Numbered from the stretch's first letter, positions 30,148-39,931 are shown. The stretch: DNA of 64,000 nucleotides from Chloroflexota bacterium (GCA_042408445.1 JBHORC010000024.1:44092-108091), one strand, 5' to 3'. Numbers and translations are program-made. The notes: generated by a model not told the origin, from the letters alone.

Positions 30148-30192
30148 TTGCGAGGCCATTGCGAGGCCCCTGCAACTCGAGAAGCAACTCGG
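30148..30192 (+). promoter_or_regulatory. Tandem short direct repeats (TTGCGAGGCC x2; GCAACTCG x2) in the 146-bp region upstream of the heptose operon
   Basis: cccTTGCGAGGCCaTTGCGAGGCCcctGCAACTCGagaaGCAACTCGG. 65 nt upstream of the first GT9 gene start. Confidence 0.3.
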
Positions 30193-30257
30193 CCGAGAGT
30201 CGGTGACCGGCCGGGCGCGACGCTTCCGGCCACCACTTCTCCCGCCGTGAGGATTGC

Positions 30258-31304
30258 ATGGCCGTCGTGTCTCCACGCCCGCTTCCAGACCGCCCGACGG
30301 TCATCGTCCTGCGGGCGCTTCCCGGTCTGGGCGATTGGCTGTGTGCCGTCCCGACGCTCCGCGCGATCAAGGCGGCACGGCCGAATGCCCGGATTCACCT
30401 CGTCGCCCTCGCCTCAACCCGACCGCTGATCGGGCGGTTCACGGGGCTCGTCGATGGGTTCCACGTGTTCCCGGGCTGGCCGGGTCTGCCGGAGCAGCGC
30501 GTCGATGCCGCCGCGATCCCCGGGTTCCTTGCTGCGCTCCAGTCGCTCGACGCCGACCTCGCGATCCAGCTCCACGGGTCGGGCGAGACGACGAACGAGT
30601 TCGTCCAGCTCTTCGGCGCCCGGCATGTCGCGGGCTTCTACCGGGCCGGCGCCCGCTGCCCCGATCCGTCGCGGTTCCTCACGTGGCGCGACGAGGATCC
30701 GGAGGTGCGGCGGGGCCTGCGACTGCTGAGCCTTCTCGGGATCACCGACGGTAACGAGGAGCTGACCTTTCCGCTCGACCCGGCCGGCGCCGTCGACGCG
30801 CGCCTGCTGCTCGCCGAGGTCGGCGTCACGGAGCCATTCGTCGTCGTGCATCCCGGCGGCAGCCGGCCGGCCGCGCGATGGCGCTGGGACGGGTTCGCGC
30901 GGGTGGGGGGCGAGATGGCGGCGCTCGGCCGGCAGGTCGTCGTGACCGGCACCCGCGAGGAGGCGTCGCTGACGAGCGCGGTCGCGGCCGCGATCCCCGG
31001 TGCCGTCGATCTCGGCGGCCGGACCAGCCTCGATTCCCTCGGCTGGATCCTTCGCCAGGCGACGCTCGTGGTCGCCAACGACACCGGCGTCGCGCATCTC
31101 GCGGACGCCCTCGACGTCCCGAGCGTCGTCGTGTTCGCCGCGGACGACGGCAGCCGGGCCGCGCGCTGGGCGCCGCTCGACACGCGCCTCCACCAGGCTG
31201 TCGGTGGGTCGCCGGGAGCCGTCTCCGCACGTGCGCGGCGGCTGCTCCGACAGATCGAGCGAGGCGCGGGCAGCCGGACGCGACATCCCGGAGTGATGGC
31301 GTGA
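30258..31304 (+). CDS. GT9-family glycosyltransferase (ADP-heptose-dependent heptosyltransferase-like)
   Basis: N-terminal VIVLRALPGLGDWLCAVP and C-terminal NDTGVAHLADALDVPSVVVF motifs typical of WaaC/WaaF-like GT9. Confidence 0.8.
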   Translation: MAVVSPRPLPDRPTVIVLRALPGLGDWLCAVPTLRAIKAARPNARIHLVALASTRPLIGRFTGLVDGFHVFPGWPGLPEQRVDAAAIPGFLAALQSLDADLAIQLHGSGETTNEFVQLFGARHVAGFYRAGARCPDPSRFLTWRDEDPEVRRGLRLLSLLGITDGNEELTFPLDPAGAVDARLLLAEVGVTEPFVVVHPGGSRPAARWRWDGFARVGGEMAALGRQVVVTGTREEASLTSAVAAAIPGAVDLGGRTSLDSLGWILRQATLVVANDTGVAHLADALDVPSVVVFAADDGSRAARWAPLDTRLHQAVGGSPGAVSARARRLLRQIERGAGSRTRHPGVMA

Positions 31305-32368
31305 CGCCGTTCAAGGTGCTCACCTGGCATGTCCACGGGAGCTACCTGGACTCGCTCGCCCGGACCGGCCATGAGTTCTACATCCCGGTGTCCGATCCGC
31401 CGCGGGCGGGGTACGCGCCGCGCTGGCCGGAATGGGGCCCGAACGTGATCGAAGTCCCCGAGGCGGCGGTCCGGGATCTCGACGTCGACGTCGTGCTGTT
31501 CCAGTCGCGGGAGGCGTGGGAGACCGACCAGCACACGATCCTGTCGGCGGAGCAGCGCCGGCTGCCGCGGATGTACCTCGAGCACGATCCGCCGCGCGAG
31601 CACCCGACGGACACCCGCCACTGGGTTGCCGACCCGGACGTCCTCCTCGTCCAGGTCACCCATTTCAACGACCTGATGTGGGACGCCGAACCGACCCCGA
31701 CCCGGGTGATCGAGCACGGCGTCGCGGTGCCGGAGGCCGTCCGGTATGACGGGAGCCTCGAGCGAGGCATCGTCGTCATCAACGACCTCGCGACCCGGGG
31801 TCGCCGTCTCGGCGCGGACCTGTTCGTCGCAGCGCGACGGCAGGTGCCGCTCGATCTCGTCGGGATGAACGCGACGCGACTCGGCGGCCTGGGGGAGGTC
31901 CGCCGCCCGGACCTTGCCGCCTTCGAGGCCCGCTACCGCTTCTTCTTCAACCCGATCCGCTACACGAGCCTGGGACTCGGCCTGCTCGAGGCGATGATGA
32001 TCGGCATGCCGGTCGTCGCCTTCGCGACGACCGAGATCCCGGTCGTCATCGAGGACGGCGTGTCGGGGATCATCGCGACCGATCACGAGGTCCTCCTCGA
32101 CGGGATGCGCGCGCTGATCGCCGATCGCGACCTGGCGCGAGAGCTGGGCGCGGCCGCGCGACGGACGGCCCTCGAGCGGTTCTCGATCCCGCGCTTCGCC
32201 GCGGACTGGACCGCCGCGTTCGAGGACGTCACCGGTCGTCGTGCCGGAACCCGCCCCATCGCCATTGGCTGGTCCACCCCGTCGGACCGCCCGAACCGGC
32301 TGCCCGCGACGTCGCGCGACGGTCGGACGAGCGTGCCCCAGCCCCTGCACGTGGAGACCGCCTCATGA
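31301..32368 (+). CDS. GT4 (GT-B fold) glycosyltransferase
   Basis: GTGA start/stop overlap. C-terminal EAMMIGMPVVAFATTEIPVVIEDGVSG (E-X7-E-type motif). Confidence 0.7.
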   Translation: MTPFKVLTWHVHGSYLDSLARTGHEFYIPVSDPPRAGYAPRWPEWGPNVIEVPEAAVRDLDVDVVLFQSREAWETDQHTILSAEQRRLPRMYLEHDPPREHPTDTRHWVADPDVLLVQVTHFNDLMWDAEPTPTRVIEHGVAVPEAVRYDGSLERGIVVINDLATRGRRLGADLFVAARRQVPLDLVGMNATRLGGLGEVRRPDLAAFEARYRFFFNPIRYTSLGLGLLEAMMIGMPVVAFATTEIPVVIEDGVSGIIATDHEVLLDGMRALIADRDLARELGAAARRTALERFSIPRFAADWTAAFEDVTGRRAGTRPIAIGWSTPSDRPNRLPATSRDGRTSVPQPLHVETAS

Positions 32369-34350
32369 CGCGCCGCATCGCGATGATCTCGGAGCACGCG
32401 TCGCCCCTGGCGACGCTCGGCGGCGTCGATGCCGGCGGGCAGAACGTCTACGTCGCGCAGGTCGCACGCCATCTCGCCGCCGTCGGCGACCGCGTCGATG
32501 TCTTCACGCGGCGCGACGACCCGAACCTCCGCGAGACGGTCGAGCTGGCCCCGGGCGTCCGCGTCGTGCACGTTCCCGCCGGACCGCCGGAGCCAATCTC
32601 GAAGGAACAGCTCCTGCCGTACATGCCGGCGTTCAGCCAGTGGGTCCGCGAGTGGATCGAGCGCCGGCGCGGCTACGACCTGGTCCACGCCAACTTCTTC
32701 TACTCCGGGCTGGTCGCGGCCGAGCTGAAGGCGAGCCTCGGCCTGCCGTTCGTGATCACGTTCCACGCCCTCGGCCGGATCCGGCGGCAGTTCCACGGTG
32801 GCGGCGACGCGTTCCCGGACGAGCGGTTCGCGATCGAGGACCGGATCGTCGCCGAGGCGGACCGGGTCATCGCGGAGTGCCCGCAGGACGAGGAGGACCT
32901 GATCCGCCTCTACAACGCCGAGCCGTCGCGGATCACGATCGTTCCGTGCGGCTTCGACCCGTCCGAGTTCGAGCCGATGAGCCGGCCGCTGGCGCGTCTG
33001 GACCTCGGCCTGGATCCTGCCGAGCCGATCCTCCTCCAGCTCGGCCGGATGGTCCCGCGGAAGGGCGTCGACAACGTCATCCGCGCGGTCTCGCGTCTCG
33101 CGGACGAGCACGACCTCCGTGTCCGGCTCCTGGTCGTCGGCGGGCCGGACCGCGAGCCGGACATCAGCCGGGCACCGGAGCTCGCCCGGCTCACCGAGGT
33201 CGCTCGCAAGGAAGGCGTCGCCGATCGCGTCCAGTTCGTCGGCCGCCGCGACCGCTCGGAGCTGAAGACGTACTACAACGCGGCCGACATCTTCGTCTCG
33301 ACCCCTTGGTACGAGCCGTTCGGCATCACCCCCGTCGAGGCGATGGCCTGCGGCATCCCGGTCGTGGGATCACGCGTCGGCGGGATCAAGTTCAGCGTCC
33401 GCGACGGCGAGACCGGCTACCTCGTCCCCGCCGACGACCCGAGCGCCCTTGCCGAGCGGATCGCCCACCTCTATCGCCACCCGAAGCTCCTCTCCGTGTT
33501 CGGCCGTCAGGCGATCCGCCGGGCGAACGACCTGTTCACCTGGGAGCGGGTCGCGAACGGCCTCGCCGCGGTGTACGAGGACGTGCTCCTCGAGGGCCGG
33601 CTCGCCCGTCGGGATGAGGCCGAGCGACTGGCGAAGGTCGATCGCCGCTTCGAGGAGGCCATCGAGGCGCTCGTCCAGACGCGGCGCCGGTCGCGGGCCG
33701 CGATCGTCGAGGCGGCCGACGAGATCTGCCGGGCGCTCGCGCGGGACGGCAAGCTGCTGATCGCCGGGAACGGCGGGAGCGCGGCCGCTGCATCCCACTG
33801 GGCAGCCGAGTTCGTCGGGCGGTTCCTCGACCACGGTCGCCCCGGGCTCGCGGCGATCTGTCTCGGGACGGATCCATCGGTCGTCACCGCCTGGTCGAAC
33901 GACGTCGGCTTCGACGACGTCTTCGCCCGCCACGTCGAGGCGCTCGGCCGGCCGGGCGACGTGATGATCGGCCTGTCGACGAGCGGGCGGTCGCCGAACC
34001 TCGTCCGCGCGTTCGAGAAGGCCCATGCCCTGGGCCTTCGGACGATCGCGCTGCTCGGCGGCGACGGCGGCGACCTGCGAGCCCACGCGGACCAGGTCGT
34101 CCTCGTGCCGTCGAAGAACACGCAGCACATCCAGGAAGCGCACGACGTGATCGTTCACGTGCTGTGCGAGCTGGTGGAGCAGCGGCTCGTCGCCGCGGGC
34201 TGGTTCAAGCGGCAGACGGGCGGGACGAAGGCCGGGACCGCTGATCCCGGCGCCGAGGACGTGCAGACGCCGCGGCCGACCAGCCACCGAACCAGCACCT
34301 CCCGCGGACCGCGGCCGCGAACCCGCACCCGACAAGGAGTGATTTCGTGA
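32365..34350 (+). CDS. gmhA: Fusion protein: MshA-like GT4 glycosyltransferase (N-terminal) + sedoheptulose-7-phosphate isomerase GmhA (C-terminal SIS domain)
   Basis: N-terminal RIAMISEHASPLATLGGVDAGGQNVYV (MshA-type). C-terminal LLIAGNGGSAAAASHWAAEFVGRF...DVMIGLSTSGRSPNLV...IQEAHDVIVHVLCELVE (GmhA SIS signature). Confidence 0.85.
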   Translation: MTRRIAMISEHASPLATLGGVDAGGQNVYVAQVARHLAAVGDRVDVFTRRDDPNLRETVELAPGVRVVHVPAGPPEPISKEQLLPYMPAFSQWVREWIERRRGYDLVHANFFYSGLVAAELKASLGLPFVITFHALGRIRRQFHGGGDAFPDERFAIEDRIVAEADRVIAECPQDEEDLIRLYNAEPSRITIVPCGFDPSEFEPMSRPLARLDLGLDPAEPILLQLGRMVPRKGVDNVIRAVSRLADEHDLRVRLLVVGGPDREPDISRAPELARLTEVARKEGVADRVQFVGRRDRSELKTYYNAADIFVSTPWYEPFGITPVEAMACGIPVVGSRVGGIKFSVRDGETGYLVPADDPSALAERIAHLYRHPKLLSVFGRQAIRRANDLFTWERVANGLAAVYEDVLLEGRLARRDEAERLAKVDRRFEEAIEALVQTRRRSRAAIVEAADEICRALARDGKLLIAGNGGSAAAASHWAAEFVGRFLDHGRPGLAAICLGTDPSVVTAWSNDVGFDDVFARHVEALGRPGDVMIGLSTSGRSPNLVRAFEKAHALGLRTIALLGGDGGDLRAHADQVVLVPSKNTQHIQEAHDVIVHVLCELVEQRLVAAGWFKRQTGGTKAGTADPGAEDVQTPRPTSHRTSTSRGPRPRTRTRQGVIS

Positions 34351-35198
34351 CCCTGACCGATACCCCTCGTCCCACCCGACGCCCGGCATCGGCCGGCGGC
34401 TCGGCCACGGCCAGCGAGGTCGAGCGCGGGAGCGATGGCGCGACCGCTCGCGACGCGTGGGCCGACGGCCTCGCCGGGCATCTCGTCGGACAGGTGGCGC
34501 TCGTCACGGGTGGCGGCAGCGGTCTCGGCCGGGCGACCTGCGACGTGCTTGGCGCGGCCGGGATGCGCGTCCTGGTCGGCGACATTTCCGCGGCCGGACG
34601 GGAGGAGACGGCGGCATCGATCCTCGGCGCCGGCGGCGACGCGGAGCCGATTGCCCTGGACGTCACCGATCCCGGCTCTGCGACGGCCGGCGTCGCTGCC
34701 GCCGTGGATCGCTGGGGCCGGCTCGACGTCCTCGTGAACAACGCGGGGATCGACCGGACGGCACCGTTCGACGAGCTCGAGGTCGACGACTGGGATCGGA
34801 TCCTCGCGGTGAATCTCCGCGGCCCGGTCGTCATGACGAAGGCGGCCCTCCCCGCGATGCGACAGGCGGGCCGCGGCCACATCGTGAACATCACCTCGAC
34901 CGCGGCCAAGCGGGCGTGGGAGAACGCAAGCGCGTACCACGCCACGAAGTGGGGCCTGCTCGGGCTGAGCCACGCCCTGCACACGGAGGCACGGCGCGAG
35001 GGGATCAAGGTCACGGCTGTTGTCTGTGGCGGGATGCGGACGCCGTTCCTGCTCGATCGCTTTCCGGACCTCGATCCGGGGCTGCTCCAGGACCCGCGAA
35101 CGGTCGCCGAGACGATCCGGTTCGCCCTGTCGCTGCCGGACGAATCCGTGATCCCCGAGATCACGGTGTTGCCGATGCGCGAGACCTCGTGGCCATGA
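34347..35198 (+). CDS. Classical short-chain dehydrogenase/reductase (SDR)
   Basis: TGGGSGLG cofactor motif, NNAG, YHATK catalytic Y-x3-K. Confidence 0.75.
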   Translation: MTLTDTPRPTRRPASAGGSATASEVERGSDGATARDAWADGLAGHLVGQVALVTGGGSGLGRATCDVLGAAGMRVLVGDISAAGREETAASILGAGGDAEPIALDVTDPGSATAGVAAAVDRWGRLDVLVNNAGIDRTAPFDELEVDDWDRILAVNLRGPVVMTKAALPAMRQAGRGHIVNITSTAAKRAWENASAYHATKWGLLGLSHALHTEARREGIKVTAVVCGGMRTPFLLDRFPDLDPGLLQDPRTVAETIRFALSLPDESVIPEITVLPMRETSWP

Positions 35199-35875
35199 CC
35201 CGACTCGCGCAGCGGGGGAGTCGCCCCGCGGCCCCGGCCTCATCGTCCCCCCGGACCGTGCTGTTCGTGGACAAGGACGGGACGCTCATCGAGGACCTCC
35301 CGTACAACGTCGACCCGCGTCGCGTGCGGTTCGCGCCCGGCGCGCGGGAAGCCGTTCGCCTGCTCGGCGCGGCGGGGGTCGAGCTGGCCGTCGTCACGAA
35401 CCAGTCGGGCGTCGCGCGCGGCTACTTCTCGACGGCGGACCTCCGCCGGCTCGGGGAGCACCTGGCGGAGGAGATCGAGGCCCTCGGCGGGCGGCTTGCC
35501 GGCTTCTACGCGTGCCCCCACCTGCCCGACGGATCCGTGCGGGCGTTCTCGACGAGCTGCGACTGTCGCAAGCCACGGCCCGGCTTGCTCCTCCGCGCGT
35601 TCGCCGAGCTCGGCGTCGACCCGGGCCGTTCGTGGTTCGTCGGCGACACGTGGATGGACGTCGCCGCCGGGCACGCCGCCGGGTGCCGGAGCATCCTCGT
35701 GGGCCCGGAGTGGCGCGACCGATCCACCCATCCGGCCGGCATCGAGCCCGACGCCGCCGTGCCGGATCTCCTCGCGGCCGCCCGGATCGTGCTCGCGGAC
35801 CACGCTCGGGGATCCGAGGCAGCTGGTCGGCCGGTCGAGAAGCGACCCCCCGTGGGACGGGCGGTGTCGGCATGA
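35195..35875 (+). CDS. gmhB: D-glycero-D-manno-heptose 1,7-bisphosphate phosphatase
   Basis: VLFVDKDGTLI (HAD motif I), VVTNQSG, CDCRKP zinc motif, FVGDTWMD. Confidence 0.85.
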   Translation: MTRLAQRGSRPAAPASSSPRTVLFVDKDGTLIEDLPYNVDPRRVRFAPGAREAVRLLGAAGVELAVVTNQSGVARGYFSTADLRRLGEHLAEEIEALGGRLAGFYACPHLPDGSVRAFSTSCDCRKPRPGLLLRAFAELGVDPGRSWFVGDTWMDVAAGHAAGCRSILVGPEWRDRSTHPAGIEPDAAVPDLLAAARIVLADHARGSEAAGRPVEKRPPVGRAVSA

Positions 35876-37356
35876 CGACGGGCCTGCTCGCTGCCGTCGA
35901 CGCGATGCAGGGTCGGCGGATCCTCGTCATCGGCGAAGCGATGCTCGACAGCTACCTCCGCGGCCATGCCGACCGGCTCAGCCGTGAGGCGCCGGTCCCC
36001 GTCGTTGCGATGGACCGCCGCGTGGATTCCGCCGGCGGAGCGGCGAACAGCGCGGCGAATCTCGCCGCGCTGGGCGCCAACGTGACGCTGCTGTCCGTGG
36101 TCGGCCTGGACGAGGAGGGCGAGCGGCTGTGCTCGGCGCTGGTACAAGCCGGCCTCGACACGACCGGCGTGCTGCGCGACCCGCAGCGACGAACCCTGAC
36201 GAAGCAGCGCGTCGTCGCCGACGGCCAGGTGCTGCTCCGCTTCGACAGCGGCACGGTCGATGGCATCTCGGCGACGCTCGAGGACGAGCTGATCGACCGG
36301 ATCGAGGCGCTTGTTCCGGAGATGGATGCCGTGCTGGTCTCGGACTACGCGTACGGCGTCGTCGGCCCGCGGATCGACACCGCGCTCGCCGAGTCGTTCG
36401 CGCGGCGGCGGCCCGTCGTCGTCGTCGATGCCCGCGACCCGTCGCGCCACGCCCGCCTCGCGCCGACCGCCACGAAGCCGAACTACGGCGAGGCGGTCCG
36501 GCTGCTCGGCGAGCAGGAGCTCGAGGGATCCGAGGCTCGCGCCCGCCAGATCGTCGCGGGCGCCGAGACGCTCCATCGCCGGACCGGCTCCGCCGTCGTC
36601 GCGGTGACCCTCGATCGGGAAGGCGCGGTCATCCTCGAGCAGGGACGCCAGCCGTACCGGACATACGCGCGTCCCACGGCGGATCAGCAGGCATGCGGCG
36701 CCGGCGACACGTACAGCGGCGTTCTCGCCCTCGGGCTCGCCGCGGGCGCGCCGACCCCGGTCGCGGCGGAGCTCGCAGCGGCGGCCGCCGGCGTCGTCGT
36801 CCAGAAGGACGGGACGGCGATCTGCACCGCGGCCGACCTCGCGGCAGCCGTCGGCCGATCCGAGAAGCGACTGGAGTCGCTCGACGAGGTCCGGGCACGA
36901 GTGGCGCTCCTTCGCGAGCAGGGCCGCCGGATCGTCTTCACCAACGGCTGCTTCGACATCCTCCACCGCGGTCATGTCACCTATCTGTCACGGGCCAAGG
37001 CGCTCGGCGATGTGCTGCTCGTCGGCGTGAACTCCGACGCGAGCGTCCGCGGGCTGAAGGGCGCCGACCGGCCGATCAACCGCCTCGAGGACCGTCTCAG
37101 CGTTCTCGAGGCGCTCTCCTGCATCGATCACGTCATCCCGTTCGAGGCGGCAACGCCGGCCGCCCTGATCGCCGCGATCCGGCCGGACGTCTTCGTGAAG
37201 GGCGGCGACTATCGCCGCGAGACGTTGCCCGAGGCGCCACTCGTCGAGCGCCTCGGCGGGACGGTCCGGATCCTGTCGTACGTCCAGGACTACTCGACCA
37301 CGAGCCTCATCCACCGTGTCCGGGCGGTCGACCAGACCGAGGCGTTGCGGCAATGA
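35872..37356 (+). CDS. hldE: Bifunctional D-beta-D-heptose 7-phosphate kinase / D-beta-D-heptose 1-phosphate adenylyltransferase
   Basis: PfkB kinase N-domain (ILVIGEAMLDSYL...EAPVPVV, GAGDTY). Cytidylyltransferase-fold C-domain (TNGCFDILHRGHVTYL...VGVNSDASVRGLKG). Confidence 0.9.
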   Translation: MTTGLLAAVDAMQGRRILVIGEAMLDSYLRGHADRLSREAPVPVVAMDRRVDSAGGAANSAANLAALGANVTLLSVVGLDEEGERLCSALVQAGLDTTGVLRDPQRRTLTKQRVVADGQVLLRFDSGTVDGISATLEDELIDRIEALVPEMDAVLVSDYAYGVVGPRIDTALAESFARRRPVVVVDARDPSRHARLAPTATKPNYGEAVRLLGEQELEGSEARARQIVAGAETLHRRTGSAVVAVTLDREGAVILEQGRQPYRTYARPTADQQACGAGDTYSGVLALGLAAGAPTPVAAELAAAAAGVVVQKDGTAICTAADLAAAVGRSEKRLESLDEVRARVALLREQGRRIVFTNGCFDILHRGHVTYLSRAKALGDVLLVGVNSDASVRGLKGADRPINRLEDRLSVLEALSCIDHVIPFEAATPAALIAAIRPDVFVKGGDYRRETLPEAPLVERLGGTVRILSYVQDYSTTSLIHRVRAVDQTEALRQ

Positions 37357-38519
37357 CCGGCGCAGGACTCACCGGCGACTGGGCCGCGGCGCGGAGGATC
37401 CTCGTCGTCCGGCTCGACGCCCTCGGCGACGTGCTGATGACGACGCCCGCGTTCCGCGCCCTCGCCAGTAGCCACCCCGACGTCCGCCTCACGCTGCTCA
37501 CGTCGCGCGCCGGCGCGACCGTCGCCCCGATGCTCCCCGAGATCGGATCCGTGATCGTCCATGACGTCCCGTGGATGAAGACCGAGCCGCCCGACGGCTC
37601 GGGCAGCGGTGGTCGCGCCGACCGCGACCTCATCGATCGCCTCCGCGCGGAGCGCTTCGACGCCGCCGTGATCTTCACCGTCCACAGCCAGAGCGCATTG
37701 CCCGCAGCGCTGCTGTGCCACCTGGCCGACATCCCGCGGCGGCTTGCCCATGCCCGCGAGAATCCCTACCGGCTCCTGACGGACTGGGTCGCCGACCCGG
37801 AGCCGGATGGCCCGACCCGCCACGAGGTCCGGCGTCAGCTCGATCTGGTCGCGACGGTCGGCGCGGCGATCGACGACGACCACCTCTCGGTCCGGGTCCC
37901 ACCGGCAGCCGCCCGAGCCGTTCGGGCCCGTCTCGATGCTCTCGGCGTCCGCCTCGATCGGCCGTGGGCCGTTCTCGCGCCGGGGGCGAGCGCCTCGTCG
38001 CGGCGCTATCCGCCGGCCTCGTACCGGGCCGTCGCCGCGACCCTTGCCCGGGATCATGGCTGGCAGATCGTCGTGACCGGCGGACGGGACGAGGCGGGGC
38101 TCGTGTCGGAGGTCACTGCGGGCCTCGGCCGTCGCGTGATCCCGCTCGCGGGGCAGCTCGATGTCCCGGAGCTCGCGGCGCTTCTCGCGATGACGCCCGT
38201 CCTGATCGGCAACAACTCGGGACCGGCTCACCTCGCGGCGGCCGTGGGGACGCCCGTCGTCGACGTGTACGCGCTCACGAACCTCCAGCACGCGCCGTGG
38301 GGCGTCGTCTCGCGCGTCCTGGCGACGGACGTCCCGTGCAAGGGCTGCCGGAAGAGCGTCTGCCCGATCGGCGACCAGGCCTGCATCCGCGGGGTGGATC
38401 CCGCGGCCGTCGTCTCGGCCGCCATCGAGCTCGTGGCGCCGCACCCCGCCGCCGCGCGGATGCCGGCCGGGATCCTCGTGCCTGACCCGCGGTACGCCCG
38501 ATCGGCCGGTCCCGGGTGA
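37353..38519 (+). CDS. GT9-family heptosyltransferase-like glycosyltransferase (second copy)
   Basis: ILVVRLDALGDVLMTTPAFRAL, NNSGPAHLAAAVGTPVVDVY, Cys-rich CKGCRKSVCP insert typical of WaaF-like enzymes. Confidence 0.8.
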   Translation: MTGAGLTGDWAAARRILVVRLDALGDVLMTTPAFRALASSHPDVRLTLLTSRAGATVAPMLPEIGSVIVHDVPWMKTEPPDGSGSGGRADRDLIDRLRAERFDAAVIFTVHSQSALPAALLCHLADIPRRLAHARENPYRLLTDWVADPEPDGPTRHEVRRQLDLVATVGAAIDDDHLSVRVPPAAARAVRARLDALGVRLDRPWAVLAPGASASSRRYPPASYRAVAATLARDHGWQIVVTGGRDEAGLVSEVTAGLGRRVIPLAGQLDVPELAALLAMTPVLIGNNSGPAHLAAAVGTPVVDVYALTNLQHAPWGVVSRVLATDVPCKGCRKSVCPIGDQACIRGVDPAAVVSAAIELVAPHPAAARMPAGILVPDPRYARSAGPG

Positions 38520-38523
38520 TGCG

Positions 38524-39336
38524 GTGACCGACGACCAGCTGGACCAGGTCGACGTCCTGATCCCGACCTACCGCCGGCCGACCGCCCTCGCGGTGACCCT
38601 CGCGGGTCTCGCCGCCCAGACGCGGTCGTCGCTCCGGATCGTCGTCTCCAGCCAGACCCCGGAGACCGAACCGGTCCTCGGGCCGGAGGCCGAGGCCGTG
38701 GTTCGCGTCCTGCGGGCACAGGGTCGACCCGTCGAGGTCGGCCGGCACCTGCCACGGCGGGGCATGGCGGAGCATCGGCAGTCCCTGCTCGATCGCGCGC
38801 GAGCGCCGTACGCGCTGTTCCTCGACGACGACGTCCTCATCGAGCCGGATCTGGTCGACCGCCTCGTGCGCGCGATCGGCCGGGCGGGCTGCGGCTTCGT
38901 CGGCTCGGCCGTCGTCGGCTTGAGCTACGAATCGGACGTCCGGCCGCACGAGCAGCAGGTCGAGTTCTGGGATGGCCCGGTGACGCCCGAGTCGGTCGTC
39001 CCGGGCACGCCCGCCTGGGAGCGTCACCGCCTCCACAACGCCGCGAACCTGCACCACCTCCGGCGCCGGCTGTCCCCGGGCGATCGGCTCTACCGCGTCG
39101 CATGGGTCGGCGGCTGCGTGCTGTTCGACACGGAGAAGCTGCGGGACGCCGGCGGGTTCGGGTTCTGGCGACAGCTCCCGGAGCAGCACGCGGGCGAGGA
39201 CGTCCTCGCCGAGCTGAACGTGCTGCGCACGTACGGGGGCGCCGGCCTGTTCCCGTCCGGTGCCTACCACCTGGAGCTCCCGACGACGATCCCGAACCGG
39301 GAGCACGACGCCCCGTTCCTTCTGCAGCCCGCCTGA
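38524..39336 (+). CDS. GT2-family (GT-A fold) glycosyltransferase
   Basis: VDVLIPTYRRPTAL and DxD motif FLDDDV. GTG start. Confidence 0.7.
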   Translation: MTDDQLDQVDVLIPTYRRPTALAVTLAGLAAQTRSSLRIVVSSQTPETEPVLGPEAEAVVRVLRAQGRPVEVGRHLPRRGMAEHRQSLLDRARAPYALFLDDDVLIEPDLVDRLVRAIGRAGCGFVGSAVVGLSYESDVRPHEQQVEFWDGPVTPESVVPGTPAWERHRLHNAANLHHLRRRLSPGDRLYRVAWVGGCVLFDTEKLRDAGGFGFWRQLPEQHAGEDVLAELNVLRTYGGAGLFPSGAYHLELPTTIPNREHDAPFLLQPA

Positions 39337-39367
39337 CGGACGCCGAGCACGAACCAAGGGAGACACG

Positions 39368-39931
39368 ATGGCGACCGAGACCAAGACGCGACGCGAATCC
39401 AGCACCCGCAGTCGATCCGGCGGGTCCGGAAGCGGCTCGAGGGCCAGCTCCGGCAGCCGCAATCGGCAGAGCGGCAGCGGCGGCAACGGCAGCAGCGGCG
39501 GCGGCGGCCGGGGACGCGACACGAACGCCAACGCCGACGACCGGACGTTCCTCGAGCGGTTTGGCGACCAGCTCTCGCCCTCGACCCGCCGCGCCCGGTG
39601 GATCCATTCGCCGGACGAGCGACCCGAGCGAAAGGGCCAGACGCTGGCGACCCGCTCCCCGGAGGTGGTCCGTGCCTGGGCGGAGGAGCGCGACGGCCGA
39701 CCGGCGACTGCGACGCGTGGCAAGGACGGGCGGCCGCGAACGCTCCGGATCAGCTTCGCGACCGGCGACGACAGCGGCAGCAGGCGGCGGCGGCTCGAGG
39801 AGATCAGCTGGGACGAGTGGCTCGGGGTCTTCACCGAGCGGAACCTCGTCTTCATCTACCAGCAGCAGCGACGGGACGGGCGCCAGAGCAACTTCTTCCG
39901 GCTCGACAGCCCGGACCGGGAGGACGGCTGA
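39368..39931 (+). CDS. Small basic protein with Ser/Gly/Arg-rich disordered N-terminus and conserved-looking C-terminal domain (function unknown)
   Basis: SD AAGGGAGA before ATG. N-terminal 60 aa low complexity (SRSGGSGSGSRASSGSRNRQSGSGGNGSSGGGG). C-terminal RTLRISFATGDD...ISWDEWLGVFTERNLVFIY. Confidence 0.4.
   Translation: MATETKTRRESSTRSRSGGSGSGSRASSGSRNRQSGSGGNGSSGGGGRGRDTNANADDRTFLERFGDQLSPSTRRARWIHSPDERPERKGQTLATRSPEVVRAWAEERDGRPATATRGKDGRPRTLRISFATGDDSGSRRRRLEEISWDEWLGVFTERNLVFIYQQQRRDGRQSNFFRLDSPDREDG

Noticed and set aside
39598-39927. ORF-track N-terminal extension of the third GT9 gene (MDPFAGRATRAKG...)
   Set aside because: The extension is low-complexity out-of-frame overlap of the well-formed upstream small ORF. 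Both GT9 paralogs begin about 15 aa before the conserved beta-1 strand.
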